A DNA stretch of 64,000 bases from the human T2T-CHM13v2.0 reference genome, Homo sapiens. Positions 36,291-50,601 of this stretch are shown here, piece by piece (position 1 is the stretch's first letter; every line of letters starts with the position of its first letter). The position numbers were made by a program, and so were the translations under genes. The notes below the pieces were generated by a model. The model saw only the letters and a list, made by a program, of their open reading frames with translations. It ran no database searches and was not told the DNA's origin. Location of the stretch: NCBI RefSeq assembly GCF_009914755.1, contig NC_060936.1; one strand, 5' to 3'.

Positions 36291-37609
36291 ATAGATAACT
36301 AAAGATAGCACCCTGAATAGCAATGTTGGTATACAATGGCTTCCTGGTCCTGTTGGCCACCTACTGAGTCTACAAACACCGCAGATCGATGCTGCTGGTC
36401 TAATGACTGCATTTCAGTCTCCACCCATTTTCTCTACCAGTATCATGTTCTTTTCCTGTATGTAACTTTGGAATGGTTTTGATTAGTGGAATAACAGCAT
36501 CAACAGTTTCTACCGTTATTACAATTTTTCAAACACATGGAACTCTGTAATGCATTAGCCAGAATTAGGTGCTCTGTCTTGACATTACCTAGCTGTTTGC
36601 CCTACTCAAGCCCAAGTGTGGAAACTTGCTCATGAGGAAGAGTCCCTTCACCTGCAGTGTCAGTGCACCACCAGCCAATGCAGTGAGGGCCGGTGCCTGT
36701 CCCCATCAATGAACATCATTCCTTTGTGCCTCTTGTCAAGCAAGTGCATCCTATTCTGCACATGCCACATGCTCTATCCCGACTTGTCACTTTAGGCTCT
36801 TCCAGTCTACCCCCCAAAAATAATAATAATTCTTGATTTTAGCATTTTGGCAAAAGGAACCATTTTTGCTGCTATAGATGTTGTGTGGTTGTGTGATTAT
36901 GGGGACATGGTGAAGAGTCCAGTGTGCACTTTATGAAGTTCACATTAGAGGAGAATAAAGTAGGAAAAGGGGAATGACCTAAGACAAAAAACAAGTGGCA
37001 GCTGGGCGGCTGTGACTTCACTCTCATAGTCCTTGTAGTGAATAAACTCCCCTAGGAAAGGGCCGTGCTGCAGAATGGCAGCCACTTCTTGTGAAGGCCA
37101 TGACAGCTGGATTTTGCTCCAGGAGGATTAGAGGTCTGTTGCTGGAACAGTTGAGCCCCAGATGGAATAACGTTAGTTGGTTTACATTTAGGGGCCGTGT
37201 TGTTTGAAAATACATATCTTTAAACACTGGAAACCCACTCAGTGTGGTGAAGAAGGCCACAGGAACTAAGAAAGACAAGCTGAACAGCTGTCGGGGTCTC
37301 CCCACTCACATGGGGTGGACATATGCTGAGAGAAGGGTGGATGGTACCACACATCCTGTTTGAATTGCATCCTCCCGCCCTCTCACCTTCCCTCCCTCTC
37401 CTTATCTCATAGAGGAATTTGCCTACGTAGGTCAATGCCATGGGGCTTGACCTGAGCATGAGATGCCGGGGAAGACCTGCGTTCTCGTAGGAAATGTATC
37501 GGTGTGGGAGGCCTGGGGTACGTGAGCTTGGAGGATCACCTCATATTGCTAAGCCTCATTTTCCCATCTGAGAAATAAACAAGTTAACATTAAAAACAAG
37601 ATAATTTGA

Positions 37610-37815
37610 AAAAGAATAATAACTAAGATTTATTGAGTTCCTCCATGTGCTAAGCACTATTTTAAGCATTTAAGTGTTTTGACTCCTTTAATACTCATGA
37701 TATCCTGCAAGGTAGGTGCACTGATTAGCCCCATTTTACAGGTGGGAAAGCTGGCGACTTGATTTGAATCCAGGCAGCCTGGCTTCAGTCCAGAGGCCAA
37801 GTGCTTAGCCAGGAT
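37610..37815 (-). mobile_element. MIR
   Basis: aataataactaagatttattgagttcctccatgtgctaagcact...gccccattttacaggtgggaaagctg...gatttgaatccaggcagcctggcttcag. Confidence 0.8.
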
Positions 37816-37899
37816 GCTATTTTTCCAATGTCCTAAATTATGTGGGACTAGGAGAGAAAAACAGTTTTACCCTGCAACCTTTATAAAGCCCACTTGGCC

Positions 37900-38425
37900 A
37901 GATGGAGATACAAAAAGCAATTTCTAAAAACAACAATGATAAATCAGTGATGAAGGGAAGGATTATATAATAAATGGTGCTAGGACAATTGGTTAGCTGC
38001 TTGGAAAAAATATCAAAGCGATTTGGATCCTCATCTCATACAGTTTGCCACAATATATTCCAAGTTGATTAAATAGATTAATGGAAAAAGAAGAAGAAAA
38101 TAGAGTATCAAATGTCTGACTGGGGGAGGACTTTAATAGCTCAAAACAGTGAAAGAAATTACAAAAATTGGGGATAGTTACAACTTTAAAAAACTGGAAG
38201 TCTCTGCATCAGGAATAAAAGAGCAAACAATAAATTTGGGAAAGTACTTACCACGAATGTAGTATTTTTCCTTAATATCCATATTTAAATATGTATCTAA
38301 AGAAATGCGAAGACTCTGATAGACAGGTGTGCAAAGGAGCCGTATGATACCCTAATAACATTTGGAAGTGTTCAACCTCAGCAATAATTTAAAAAATTCT
38401 AATTTAAAAAGAAATACCATGTTAA
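37900..38425 (+). mobile_element. Old L1 (L1ME-like) ORF2 fragment, 5' part
   Basis: aataaatggtgctaggacaattggttagc, ttggatcctcatctcataca, gttcaacctcagcaataat...aaataccat. Confidence 0.7.
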
Positions 38426-38499
38426 TATGATTATATTTATTCATCTATATCATATGTACATGTATGGATGTATATATAATATGGATTATGTACATACAC

Positions 38500-39592
38500 A
38501 CATATGTACATATCCTAACTCGAGAGCTGCTGAAAGGACTTAGAAATAATGACACCCCTAGAGCAATATGTGAGTCTAGCATCTAGATTTTGGTTTCTAA
38601 TATTGTGCTTTACTGAAAGGAATCAAAGGCAAAGTCAGCACAAGAGAGCTTCTTGCTACATCTGGTGCCAGAAAGTCATGCTCTCAGAAGGACGAGGTCG
38701 TGTCAAAGGACACAGAAGTCCCATCCAAGAGCTTCCTACTGCCTAAATCCCGGATAATTAGAGCATCAAAAGAGAGGAGACATTAACAGCTTAAATAAGA
38801 ATCCATGAGTCTATACCGACATACGGAAGTTAGTGAATAAACGGGGCAGAATGAGGAAAACTTTTCCTTAGGACATAATGCCAACTAACAAATGTGGACA
38901 CGCCACCCAATGTGATATCCCAAGATGGACCCAACATCACTTCCGTGGTGCTCCTGCCCAAAATGCGTGATTCTGAGCTAATCAGGAGGAAATATTAGAC
39001 AAACCCAAATTGAGGGACATGCTACAAATATCCTGGCTTGTTCTTTTTAAAAAGGTCATGGTCATGGAAGACAGAGGGATGGAGAGAACTGTTTTAGATT
39101 AAAGGAACTAAAGATTAAAGGAACTAAAGAAATATGACAATTAAGTGTAATGCATGACTTAGGTTGAATCCTGAACTCCCTTTTATTAAATTTTTTTTGG
39201 TATAAAGGGCATGGGGTGAAATTTAAGGCCTACAGATTAGTTACAGTACTGTGTCCATGTTAAATTTCTTATTTTGCTCATCACAGTATATGAAAATGTC
39301 TTTGTTTCTATAAAATACATGCTGAAGTATTTAGGCATAAAGGACATCCTGTTTGGAACTTAGTCTCAGATGATTCCAAAAAAATATATGTGTGTTTATG
39401 TATGTGTATGTATGTTACATATGTATATTTCTGCCTACATACCTATCTATTGAGGAATAATAAAGCAAATATAACAAAAATGTTAGCAATTGGACCATCT
39501 AGGGGAAGCATCTGTGTGAGTGTCTTTCTCTGTTCTTGCAACTTTTCTCTAAGTTTGAAATTATTTCAAAATAAAAAGATAAAAAGAAAAAG
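38500..39592 (+). mobile_element. L1MC-type 3' UTR fragment inserted in the older L1
   Basis: caacatcacttccgtggtgctcctgcccaaaatgc...gaggaaatattagacaaacccaaattgagggacat...ctgaagtatttagg...tcttgcaacttttctctaagtttgaaattatttcaaaataaaaa. Confidence 0.8.
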
Positions 39593-39599
39593 GCAAGTG

Positions 39600-40110
39600 C
39601 CCTATTTTGCTTGTTGATGAATAAGGACAAGCCATTGAAGGAGAGGATGTGAGTGTGTAGCAGGAACTCCTAAACCCTAGCCACAGGAAAGACTTGGCCA
39701 GACTTTTCTGGAATGTAACTTGGCAATTTGTATTAAGAATCTTAAAAATATCCATAACTTTTAGCCCCATTTCTGCTCAAATAAAATAAACAAAAATGCA
39801 AAGACGTATGCACAAGTATCTTATGACAGTGTGACTTCCAACAGTAAAATATTGGAGACAATTTAAATATTTAACAATGGGGGCCTGGTGTAGCCCTACC
39901 ATGGAATAGGATGTGCCCATTTAATGATGTCTCTGAAGAGTTTTTAACAGCATGACAGCATGCTTACCTTATCATGTCCTGTGAAATACCAGAATAAAAT
40001 GTACATGCAGTAGAATCTCAATTACATCCAAAATACGCATTATAAATCTGGAAGAAAGTAAGCCAAAATGTGGAGTATACTTGGTAGCATTTCTCCCTAC
40101 TTTTTAATAT
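39600..40110 (+). mobile_element. Old L1 (L1ME-like) fragment, resumed 3' part
   Basis: cttttctggaatgtaactttggcaatttgtattaagaatcttaaaaat...aaaatattggagacaatttaaatatttaacaatgggg...atggaatagg. Confidence 0.65.
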
Positions 40111-41741
40111 TTTTTTAGTAATATCACATTTTTTATCATAAGGAAGTATCCTAAAGGCAGAAAACAACAAATAAAGTAGCAATGAAGTTCTGAGTCTTTC
40201 TGTGACTGTGTGACGACAGTGTCTGAACAGTTATCCCTCCGGCAGTGACGAGCAGCCCCTTGGACATGTTCCAGTCCCAGTTCTTCAGACTTCAGAAAGT
40301 GGGGAAGACTCCGTGGGGGAAGAGGAGGGGTTGCTGATGTCATGGTGACAACGTGGAGTGTGGCACACCTACAGGTCTTGATGGGCTGTGTGCTGGGCAC
40401 TCCGGAATCTCATTTAATCCCCCTAGTGGATAAGGAACACTAAGTATTGGAGAGACAGAATGATTTACCCAAGGCCAGTGTGTAGTAAGAGGTGCGGCTG
40501 GAATTCCAGGTGAGATTGGGAGACTCCAAAACCTGTGCTCTTAATTCCAGCCCTGCCTGGCCTCCTGGATCATGCCCATGGTGGGTGAACTGGGGGCGCT
40601 GGCCCCCACGCTGCCATCCTGACTTGTCAGCCTGTTTGCTTCCTCCTCTCTGTTGTGATTTCCTCAAGCTTGTTATTAAATAGCAAGCATCCTTCCTGCG
40701 TTTTCTCCTGGAATTCTCATCCCACAGTGGCCTAAGGGGAAGGCAAACTGTATGCCTGTGCATAGGAAGCATGACCGCGCCATCCAGCCTCCTTCCAGTA
40801 GCAGTGGATGCAGCCTTGTTAGGGTGATTCTGACCCCTTGATCTCCGTCACCTCACAAGGCGTAACGACAGGGGACAGCTGCAGAGAGAGATGGAGGTTG
40901 GCATTCAGAAGCCTTTCTGACAGCAAGAGTGAATCAACACAAAATGAATCACACAAAGACACCATTCACTGTCTCCCCAGAGAGCCTGGAGAAGAAATGC
41001 CTGCCATTTGTGTAGCTCTTTTTGATGTTCAAAGCTCTGTGGCACACAGCCCTCCTTAGGGTCTCACAAGAACTCCCTAAGAAAGACAAGACAGGAATTA
41101 CTTCCCTTAGGAAAGGAAACTGAGGCTCAGGGAAATCAAGTTACTTGCCTCCCGTCATTGGTGACTAGGTCAGTCTTCTAACTTCCTCTTTATCCCTTCT
41201 TACTCCTTCTGCAAACAGTACGATGCTGGGCAGAGTGGAAGATCCCTTATTGTCTCACCCTGGGGCAAGGAGATGGGCTAGATCATTCCTAATGCTGCTT
41301 CCTGCCTCAGAAGATGAATTTGCCTACAAGAGGTGGGCCCTCCATGCTTATAAATCCTTCTCCTTCAGGTTACCCCCACCTAGTGAAAAAGATTTACACA
41401 AGGCAGAAAGTGGGTGGAAGCCATTTGGCCACTCATGATGTCTTATTCTAGAGGAGGCCCCCTGAAGTGAAGGTGCCACAGCATTACTGCAGTTCAGCAG
41501 ACATTTACCAGCATATGCCAGTCACTCTACTGGAACTGAGGAGAGAGAAAGCCAGGGAAAAGGTTGCCATGGGTTGAGTCAAAAGAACTCATTCTAGGCT
41601 CAAAAGGACAGGAGCGCTGGTTCATTAGGATGCTCAACTTCCAACTAGCAGACTGGGCACATGTCCTAGAGAGGAATTGTGCTGTAGTGAGGCGAAGTGG
41701 GCTTGGATGTCTGGCAAGTCATGGTTCAGATACTGACTCCA

Positions 41742-41867
41742 GCCAGGCACGGTGGTTCACGCCCATAGTCCCAGTGACTCAGGATGCCAAGACAGTAGGA
41801 TTTCTTGAGGCCAGGACTTTGAGACCGGCCTGGACTACATAGTGAGGCCCCGTTTCTACAAAATAAT
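41742..41867 (+). mobile_element. Alu monomer (FLAM/FAM-like) inserted in a MIR
   Basis: gccaggcacggtggttcacgcc...cttgaggccaggactttgagaccggcctggactacatagtgaggccccgtttctacaaaa. MIR sequence resumes afterwards (ttagctgtgtgact...ctcagttttttcagctataaaat...ggattaaatgagat). Confidence 0.85.
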
Positions 41868-44800
41868 ATTTTTTTCAATGTTGACTTTATTTCTTAGCTG
41901 TGTGACTTCCAGCAAATTCTTTAACTTCATTGAAACTCAGTTTTTTCAGCTATAAAATTAAGAGAATAAATAAACTGTCCCATTGTATGATGCAAGGATT
42001 AAATGAGATGACAGCAACTAAAGGCCTGCCACCATCAACTCTTGGCAATTTATTTCCCTCCTAAATTAGATAGAAATGTCATGGTTTGGGGTTTCCATTG
42101 TGTGTTCAAGAAAGATAAGACCGTAACGCCTTTCTTAAATGTCTAAGCTTCATTATCAGAGCTTCTTGCACGTTCTCTTTAAGCTTTTCCCCCATAGACC
42201 TATCCAATGGCCCCAGGCTGAGGCACCCATTCCAGGGACTCCCACGCCTGCTTCCAAGCTAGCAGTGGCCTCTCATGAGCCTCAACCCTATTCTGAGATG
42301 CTCTGGGTTTGGAGGTTCTAGTATCTCAGCCACACATAGTGCCATTTTACCTTGTCCCAGCTGGCCAAAGTGTGACTGTGATCCCCTGTCTTCCCCCTCA
42401 CTCACCCGGCAGCCTCATCTTGGCTGCTGGCGATTTTAGGCTGGGTTCCACAAGTGGCCCCAGTGATTTATGATCCATAACTCAGTGGTCTCTTCCGCCA
42501 TGCCTGCAGGCTCCCACCTTCCGGAAGTCACTGGAATTTAAAACACCATGAAAACAAACATCTGTGATTTACGATGTCAAGAGCCATTTCCTTCCTCTTG
42601 AGACAATCTCCAGGGTGATTTTCTTTAGGTCATCTGCTCTGTAGAGCATATTAGTTAAAAAAAAAAAACCTTAAACATAATGTAGAAAGATGTGCAGGTA
42701 TGGAAGACAGAATGGCAGCACCTTTCCACGGGTGGCAGCCATCAGACAGAGCAGGACATGCACAGCGTGGCTCCCTCCTGTCCCTGGAAGGCAGGTCTGC
42801 TCTGTTCTCTTCTTTCACATGTGTCTACTCCCAGCCTTTCCAGGTGCAGGACAGGGCAAGCATCAGAAACACTGGGTGAGGGACCGGCCCTCCCTTTGAG
42901 TGCTTCCTCCCTGCACATCTGAGTCCCATCTGTAGACCCAGAGTGAGGACATCTGCCCAACCTCCCTGCAGGCTGTTGTGAGGTCAGCAGAGGCCCAGAA
43001 GCCATGGTAACTTCTATAGGAGAGACGCAGGATGAAGAAAGTTGTTGTGACTTTTGCCCAGAATTGTCAAGAATACTTCAAGTGGTATAGATGTTTTTCC
43101 CAAAAAAAAGTAAGGCTGAAAAAAATCAAGGCTGATCCTAAGGCTGTTCAAGTACAAACAGTTTGCAAGTAATGGAAAAAGCTATAAAATTTTAATATAG
43201 GGAGACCTCAAAGCCTTGAAAGGAAATATAAAACAACTCCAAAAAAAAAAAAAAAAAACAAACCCTAAGCATCCTCTTTGTTCCTCAGTGAAAATTTCCT
43301 TACTATTTTAAGCCACATTGATTCCCAAGAGAGAAACTGGCAAAGCATGGATGGAGAAGCTTCATTTCCCTACCACTGCTGTGAAAATACCCTATGCTAA
43401 TTTAAGGATATAGAATTTTCTAATAAAAACAACCAGAGTGCACTAGGCACAATTATTCCAACCTATCTTTCTATTGTATTGGTCCATCTACTTTGCCGAT
43501 TTCCAAAGGAATTAGAGACGGCTTTATTACATTTAAGATAATATGAAAGAAGACAAGTATAGCCCCTCTTTGATTTTTATGTTACACATTGGGCAGTAGG
43601 TTTTTAAAGAGCCGTGTTTGACTCTGTCCTATTTTGGGGCCCAGGTACATGATTCCTATTTTTAGCAACTCTCTGGTATGTGAATCTGAGATTTCAACCA
43701 CCAGTGAGTCAGAAGGTCTGGCTGCCCAGAGATATGTGACTCAGACAGGCAGGAATAGTCTGTTCACCATGAGATGAGGGCTTAAAGGGGAGCTTTTGTG
43801 CTTAGTGAAACACGCAAATGAAAACAACCGTTTAAATAGGAACCTATTGCCCTTCCGGAAGGCTCTTTGCCTGTCCCCGAAAATTCTCAGCTCACACCCA
43901 GGGAAGAGCTGGTGCTGCTAGCTGGGAAATGAGGCCAACCCCCTGGCTACTTCCTCCTCTTTAGGGGCCCTCTAAGGCATCTGGGCGGAGGTTTCTGGGT
44001 GGCTTCAGCCTTCAGAATTAACACAACAGCCTCCTGATGGGCAGCAGTGGTGGGAGAAAGGAGCGAGTGGAGTGCCATGTCGGGCAGGGTTGGGACACAG
44101 GATGAGATACTACTCTTTTAAGAGTAAGACACCGCAAGAAAAGGTGGCTTCCCCTGGAAAGGTGGGAAGCAACAGATTGGTGTTTTCTTGATTAGAAATG
44201 CTATGGAATTCATTCATCCATTCACCATCCATCCATCCATCCAAACAACCAATGCATATGGGAAGCTGGCTACGTCCTCGGTCCTTTGCTAGGTACTAGG
44301 GGACTGGTTTCCATCCTCGAGAAGCCCACAGGCTTGTGGGAGGAAGATAAGCAGGTAGAGAGGCAGCCTGGCTGCAATGCCCTTCCAAGACCAAGGTTTT
44401 GGGATTCCAAGTTTCTGAGGTGTTCTGCATGGTCAGTAGTCCCTGAGAGGCCCTTCCCCTGTAGAACTGAGTGAGCATTCAGGGTAAACCTGGCTAAACA
44501 CAGACTAGCCAGGACCATTGTTTCTGGCCGTATGAACACCCTCCTTTTCCTTTCCTCCAGACTTAGACTCCTTTTGGAGCCAAGCACCCCAAGACTGTAG
44601 GCCTTCTCTGGGCGTGAGCCTGAGGGTCACAGTGCTCACCAGCCCTCCAGCCTCGCCACAGTGAAGATGCTTATCATGGAGGCTGGGATAGTTGTGTTTT
44701 TCGCTGGTGTTTAGATGTTCCAGTGTTCCATGAAAGCTCCTGAATCTCTTCCCTAAATAACAAAGTCCTGTTTGGTATTTGGTGAAATGTTTGGAGTGCC

Positions 44801-46246
44801 GTGTTCAACCAAGCTGAACTAAGCTGCTGACAAAATACTGTCTCAGCCCTTTAATAGTAATAGCTAACATTTGTATAGCACTCTACAGTTTAACAAAGCA
44901 CTTTAAATGCACCCAGCCCCTTTGAGATGCGAGGGCAGAGTTATCATGTGCGTTTCACTCAGGAAAAGTGGGCTGCCCAGAGGAACTGAGTAACACCCTC
45001 CAGGACCCACCACTGGGGAGGCCAGAAGCTGGCCCTCCTGAACCAGGCACTTTGCCCTTGGCCACCTTCTCTGAAGCCTGTGGTGACCACGCCTCCTCCT
45101 CTGACTTCAGGTTTGGTCTTTGCCTCTGGTCTCAGCCCCCTGTAGTATCCCACAGGCAGCCCCCAGGCAGATCTCCTTAATTGTCCCCTTTCTCTGCTTC
45201 AGCACCTGGAATGACTGTCCCAGGATTAAGTCCACACTTCCAGCCTGGAATCCCCTCTCTGCACAGCCTGGTCCTATCCCAGGACCCTACACTCCCCCTC
45301 ACTACCCCCAGCATGCCTTTCCTACAGCCAGGCAGGACTTGGCAGGAGCATGCCACGCCAACTTTAGACCCCAGTGCTGGCTACATGGGGGGAGGAGAGG
45401 GCAACTCGTTTTTTAACTATTGACCCCTCCTTGATGTCTGGCAAGGGGCTAATTAGCAGCAAACGTCTTCTGAATCAGTAAGTCAGAGAATCGGTAAATG
45501 AAGAAAACGGACATCTGTATAGGCATAATAGCATCCCCATGCAGTCCATAGCAAGAAGAGACCCCAGGGTGGGCGCCTTGTGCACAAGGGTCTGTCTGAG
45601 ATAGATGCCAAGGCCAATGGACACATGCCGTCCACAGGTCCTGGCTGTGTGGCTCAGGATGCACTGGAGCCAAAAGTGGCTGCATACCAGAAATGTCCCC
45701 CCACCCCCACCCCCATGAAGCTGATACAGCTGGAACCATGGTCCCCCTCCCTCCAGTCAGTGACACTGACCACCGGTGGCTCATCTCAGCTGTTCTTTTG
45801 GCAGATGCCATTCTTTTGCTCCCCAGAGACTGGGTGATGTCTGAGAGATAGGGTTAGGGTTGGCAAGGTTGGTGTGAAGTGGGTAACTTTGGAGCAGCGA
45901 GCGACCCGGTATGCCTGTGCATCCAGGACACAGGGCCCAGGAAGCATGAGAATAGCAGGAGCCTTGGAGGAGGTGCCCTTGGGGGTGGAATAGGGCTCTT
46001 GAGGGCTTATCCTAGGCCCAAGGAAATGAAGGGAACTTCTTTCCTTCTTGTCCCTTTCCCCCAACACACCCCCAAGTTGAGCTAGCATACCCATCATGCT
46101 AAACAGGTTTAACAGGTTTTATGATCCAATCTGATTATCTTATTATGAGTTACAGATTGTTTTATAGGAAAAATGCTTCCCCCCATATCAATAATAGCTT
46201 CTCTTTTAATTTAGAGAATAATTTCAAAATTATAATTACACAAGTA

Positions 46247-47028
46247 CAGTCACGAATTGCTTAACAATGGGGATACATTCTAAGAAATGCGTTGTTAGGT
46301 GATTTCATCATATGTGAACATCATAGAGTGAATATACACAAACCTGGATGGTTGAGCCTGCTGCACACCTAGGCTATATGGCGTAGCCCATCGTTCCTTG
46401 GATTCCGTACAGCATGCCACTGTACTTCAGTACTGTAAGCAATTGTAATACAATGCTAAACATATCTAAACATAGAAAAGGTACAAAGTACAGTATAAAA
46501 GATTAAGAAAGTGGTTTGCCTGTGTAGGTCATTTACCATGAATGGAGCTTGCAGGACTGGAAGTTGCTCTGTGTGAGTCATGAGTGAGTGGACATGACTG
46601 CACACTACTGTGGACTTTATTAACAGTGGACTTAGGCTACACTAAATTTATAAAAAATATGTTTCTTCCTGCAATAATACGTTAACCTTAGCTTGCTATA
46701 ACTTTTTTGCTTTATAAACTTTAATTTTTAACTTGATGACTCTTATAATAACATGTAGCTTAAAACACAAACACACAGCTGTACAAAAATACTCTCTTTA
46801 TATCCTTTTTTCTATGTGATGTATTCTATTAAAAATTATTTTATTTTATTTTTTGCTTTGTAAATTTTTTGTTAAGAAGTAAGACACGCGCACATAGTAA
46901 CCTAGACCTACGCAGGTCATCAAGATGTCATGAGGTGATAGGAATTTTTCAGCCTCATTATAACCTTATGAGACCACCATTGTGTATGTGGCCTGTTGTT
47001 GACTGCAGTGTTATGCAGCACGTGACTG
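46247..47028 (+). mobile_element. Tigger3 (Golem/MER7) family TcMar DNA transposon derivative
   Basis: Begins TA|cagtcacgaattgcttaacaatggggatacattctaagaaatgcgttgttagg and ends tgttatgcagcacgtgactg. Imperfect ~20-bp TIRs with a perfect terminal 8 bp (cagtcacg/cgtgactg). Confidence 0.9.
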
Positions 47029-47029
47029 T

Positions 47030-47640
47030 CGTACATAGTCATTATCAAAAAATTAAGGGCAGATTTTTAAAGAGCAAAGAAGTTCATTCAAAATCTCAGA
47101 CCAAAGGGATACTACTCTCTTTTATGTGTATATCCTTCCAGTCTTTACCATGCAAATATGGAAATATATTTTTTTAAAAAAGAATCCTACTACACATATT
47201 ACTATGTACTTTGGTTTTTAAAAACTATATGTAATGACTGTCCTTTTGTGGCATTAAATATGAATCTGCAGTATAATGTGGAATCCTGTGAAGGTGTCCT
47301 GGTGTTCATAATTCATCTGCTGTTTGGTGAGCACGAAGCTGTTTTCACAGTTTCAGCAGCACAGTGAAGAATAACTTTATTCTTCTATATACAACTTTAT
47401 AATGTACATAATAACATATATATGTAAAATAAATAACTGTATTCTATATATACCCCTTTTTGCAGATGTATTCTAACAGAAGGATTTATAGGTGAAAAGT
47501 TATGTTTTTTGCTTTATTTTGCCAAAAGGCACTTAAGAAAGCCTGTCCAAATCTGGATTCTCAGCAGCAGAATATGAAAGTTTCTGACTCCTCACACCCA
47601 TGCCAACAGGCTGAGCATTATCTTTATTAATCTGAAAGGA
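47030..47640 (-). mobile_element. Old L1 (L1ME-like) fragment, host of the Tigger3
   Basis: tacatagtcattatcaaaaa...gtgtatatccttccagtcttt...tttcagcagcacagtgaagaataact...cctcacacccatgccaaca...tctttattaatctga. Continues to the left of the Tigger at ~46200-46246. Confidence 0.6.
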
Positions 47641-47892
47641 AGAAAACAAGTGAATGGGACATAGCATTGGGAAAATGCTTTCTGAACCCACAATTACTCT
47701 TCTAAAACACAACCCAAGTGCCACCTGTACAACCTCTAACAAAACATGGCTGAACCCAAGCTGGGGCATTCTTATTTCTACCTGTAGTTAAGATAAAATT
47801 CTGATCAACAGAGGGATCCGGAGGGTCCCTGGAAATGTATTGAGAGGAGATTGATTTGATCCATAGCTGAAGTTTCCTTGAAAAAAGACACT

Positions 47893-48245
<353 letters not shown>

Positions 48246-50134
48246 CTAGGGGGAGTGGACATGAACGTTTTTGCATGTAAGACTTGGTCGAAAGCCCTGG
48301 TCCAGGCCTGGATGTGCCACTTGTTACCCTTGTCACCTGGACAGGCCTCTTCCTGTTTTCACCTGCGGTGGCTTGGGGCAGTGAGGGGAGTGCTGGGGCA
48401 CTGGTCACACAGATCCTGGTTCCTCCCTGCATCCTGGCTGTGTGACTGGCAGGCGATCTGCAGAAAGATTGTGTCTCTGACCCCTGGGATAGCGTGAGGA
48501 TTAGAGCACATGGTGCGAGCTTGGCACTTGGTCATTGTTTTCCTTTGGCTCTTTCCCTTTTTCATCTGTTCCAGCGAGGGATTAAACTATCTGATGTCTA
48601 AGAACCCCATGAGATCCAATTTCCTGAGGATTCCAAGGCAGCCCAAGTGAGGCCCTGCTCTTCTAAGTATGAAGTTCAGAGTCGCTGTGGAATCCCCACT
48701 CTGGGAGGCAGTGCTGTGCGGGCCCTGCGTTTCACACAGGTAGCCACAGGCCCCTGTGCACACCTGAGAGGCAGCCTCCCGCGGAGCCCTGCTGGACTGT
48801 GACGTTATCCACATGCCTTAGCAGATGTCTGTCATTGTCTTCTTGCCTTTGTGGGTTTGTCCTCTGTTTAGAAAAATGAATTTCCTGAGGGCAAGACCAG
48901 GTTCATCATCTCCTCTGACTTTTGCCTGCCCTCAAATAAGTCTGGAACTAGTACGAGCACGTGTGACGGACCCTCATTCAGGGGTAACTGACTGGTTGAT
49001 AAGGAGTTTGACTGGCAAGGAAGTGATTTCAATGGGTCAGCCTCTCTGGCCCTGGCTGTGATGATCTGTTTACCGCAGCTTAACCTTAGTGGATTTCAGC
49101 CCATCGGCACAACCCACATAGCCCCATTCAGCTCATGGCTGCATTTAAGGCCCACTGATAGCCTCGGATTTGGGGAGTGTTAACCCCATGCTGCTTGGGT
49201 ATGCTTCGACCCAACCTCACGGGTTAAAATCATGATGGTGAGGTATTACAGGGCCCAGTCATTTGTTAGGAAATAAAACCAGACTGTTTCCAAAGAGTAG
49301 AGAAATAGGATGACTCATGAAGTATTAACCACTTAAAAACCCTCCTTAGGCATGTCTTCCCTTGGCTCCCTTGAGCGGTGTCACCCGACAGATTGCAGTA
49401 TGATTGTCATTGCTGTGTTGAAGTTACCCACCCTGAACTCATGCTGGGTATCCTCAGTCAGGGCATCGTTCTGTTTGTTTCTACTTTGTGCACATAACTG
49501 GTACCTTTTCTTTTCCCTGCCCTGTCTCGTCACTTATAATATAAAGGGAGTTAATCCAGCCACTTGTATATCCTGAGTCCTTTTTGTGTATCCAGCACTT
49601 TGTAAATTTACTATAGGCATTCATTCATCCTCTTCCTCATTCAATCCACAAATATTGAATATCCACAACTGGCAGGATAACAGCCAGTTGCTTTGAACAA
49701 AGAGTTTCTTTCTAAGCCCATGAATGTGACTATGCCTAGCACAGTGCCTGGCACACTGAGGTGCCCAGTGCATTTATAAAAAGCAACTCTCAGGGTTCTT
49801 GACGGAGCTGTGTCATACTGAAGCCCCCTGGCCTAGATAGATTCGCCTGGATGAAACACTTCCCTGCCTTCTTAAACAGAATGCATTGAATTTACTTTCA
49901 TCTTTTCCTGATGCCTCCAAGCCATCATTTTGAACATCAGTGCTGCAGTAGGATGATGTGTTGCTTCTGTTTTATTGAGGTATACCAGTTCTTTGCCCTT
50001 AACGTTAAATCAGCCTGAGTGTTGTCTTTGTGAGCCCTTGTGTTTGATTTCTGTAGTTTGCCTCCTTCCCAGCAGTGAAACTGAGGATGCTTATTTTTTA
50101 TTCCATCAGTGAATCTTTGTGATAACAAGCATCT

Positions 50135-50360
50135 TACATTTATTTAGCAGTTTTCATGTGCATTATTTTATTTAAGCCTTATATCAGCTCTGCAAGGCAG
50201 ATAGGATCATTTCCAATTTGCTGATTAAAAGAGAAAAAACAAACAAGCAAGCAACAGACTGAAGCTTTCAAGAGCTCAGCAACCTGCCAAAGATACATGG
50301 CTAGAAGGAAGACACTGGGATTCAGGACTGGGTGTCCTGATTCTAGGCTGGGACTCTTTC
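50135..50360 (-). mobile_element. MIR
   Basis: catttatttagcag...ttatttaagccttat...caaggcagatagg...cctgccaaagatacatggctagaagg...ctgggattcagg. Confidence 0.65.
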
Positions 50361-50601
50361 TGTGCCAACATCCTTCTTCCCTTTAGCAACTCCCAACCTT
50401 CTTTCTAGTTTGGTACTGGTAATCTGCCACAAAGCTTGTTAAAATTGGGCGCAAAATGACCAGGTGAAGGTTTAAGAGTCTCTCCTTTGGAGACAGTGTT
50501 TGAGATTTAGTGCCTGGGTTTTGTGGCCTCTCTCTATTTGGCTGTTCACAACCTTTTTCTTCTCTCTGTCTGAAGTGTAAGCAAGGAGGAAGGGTAACAG
50601 A

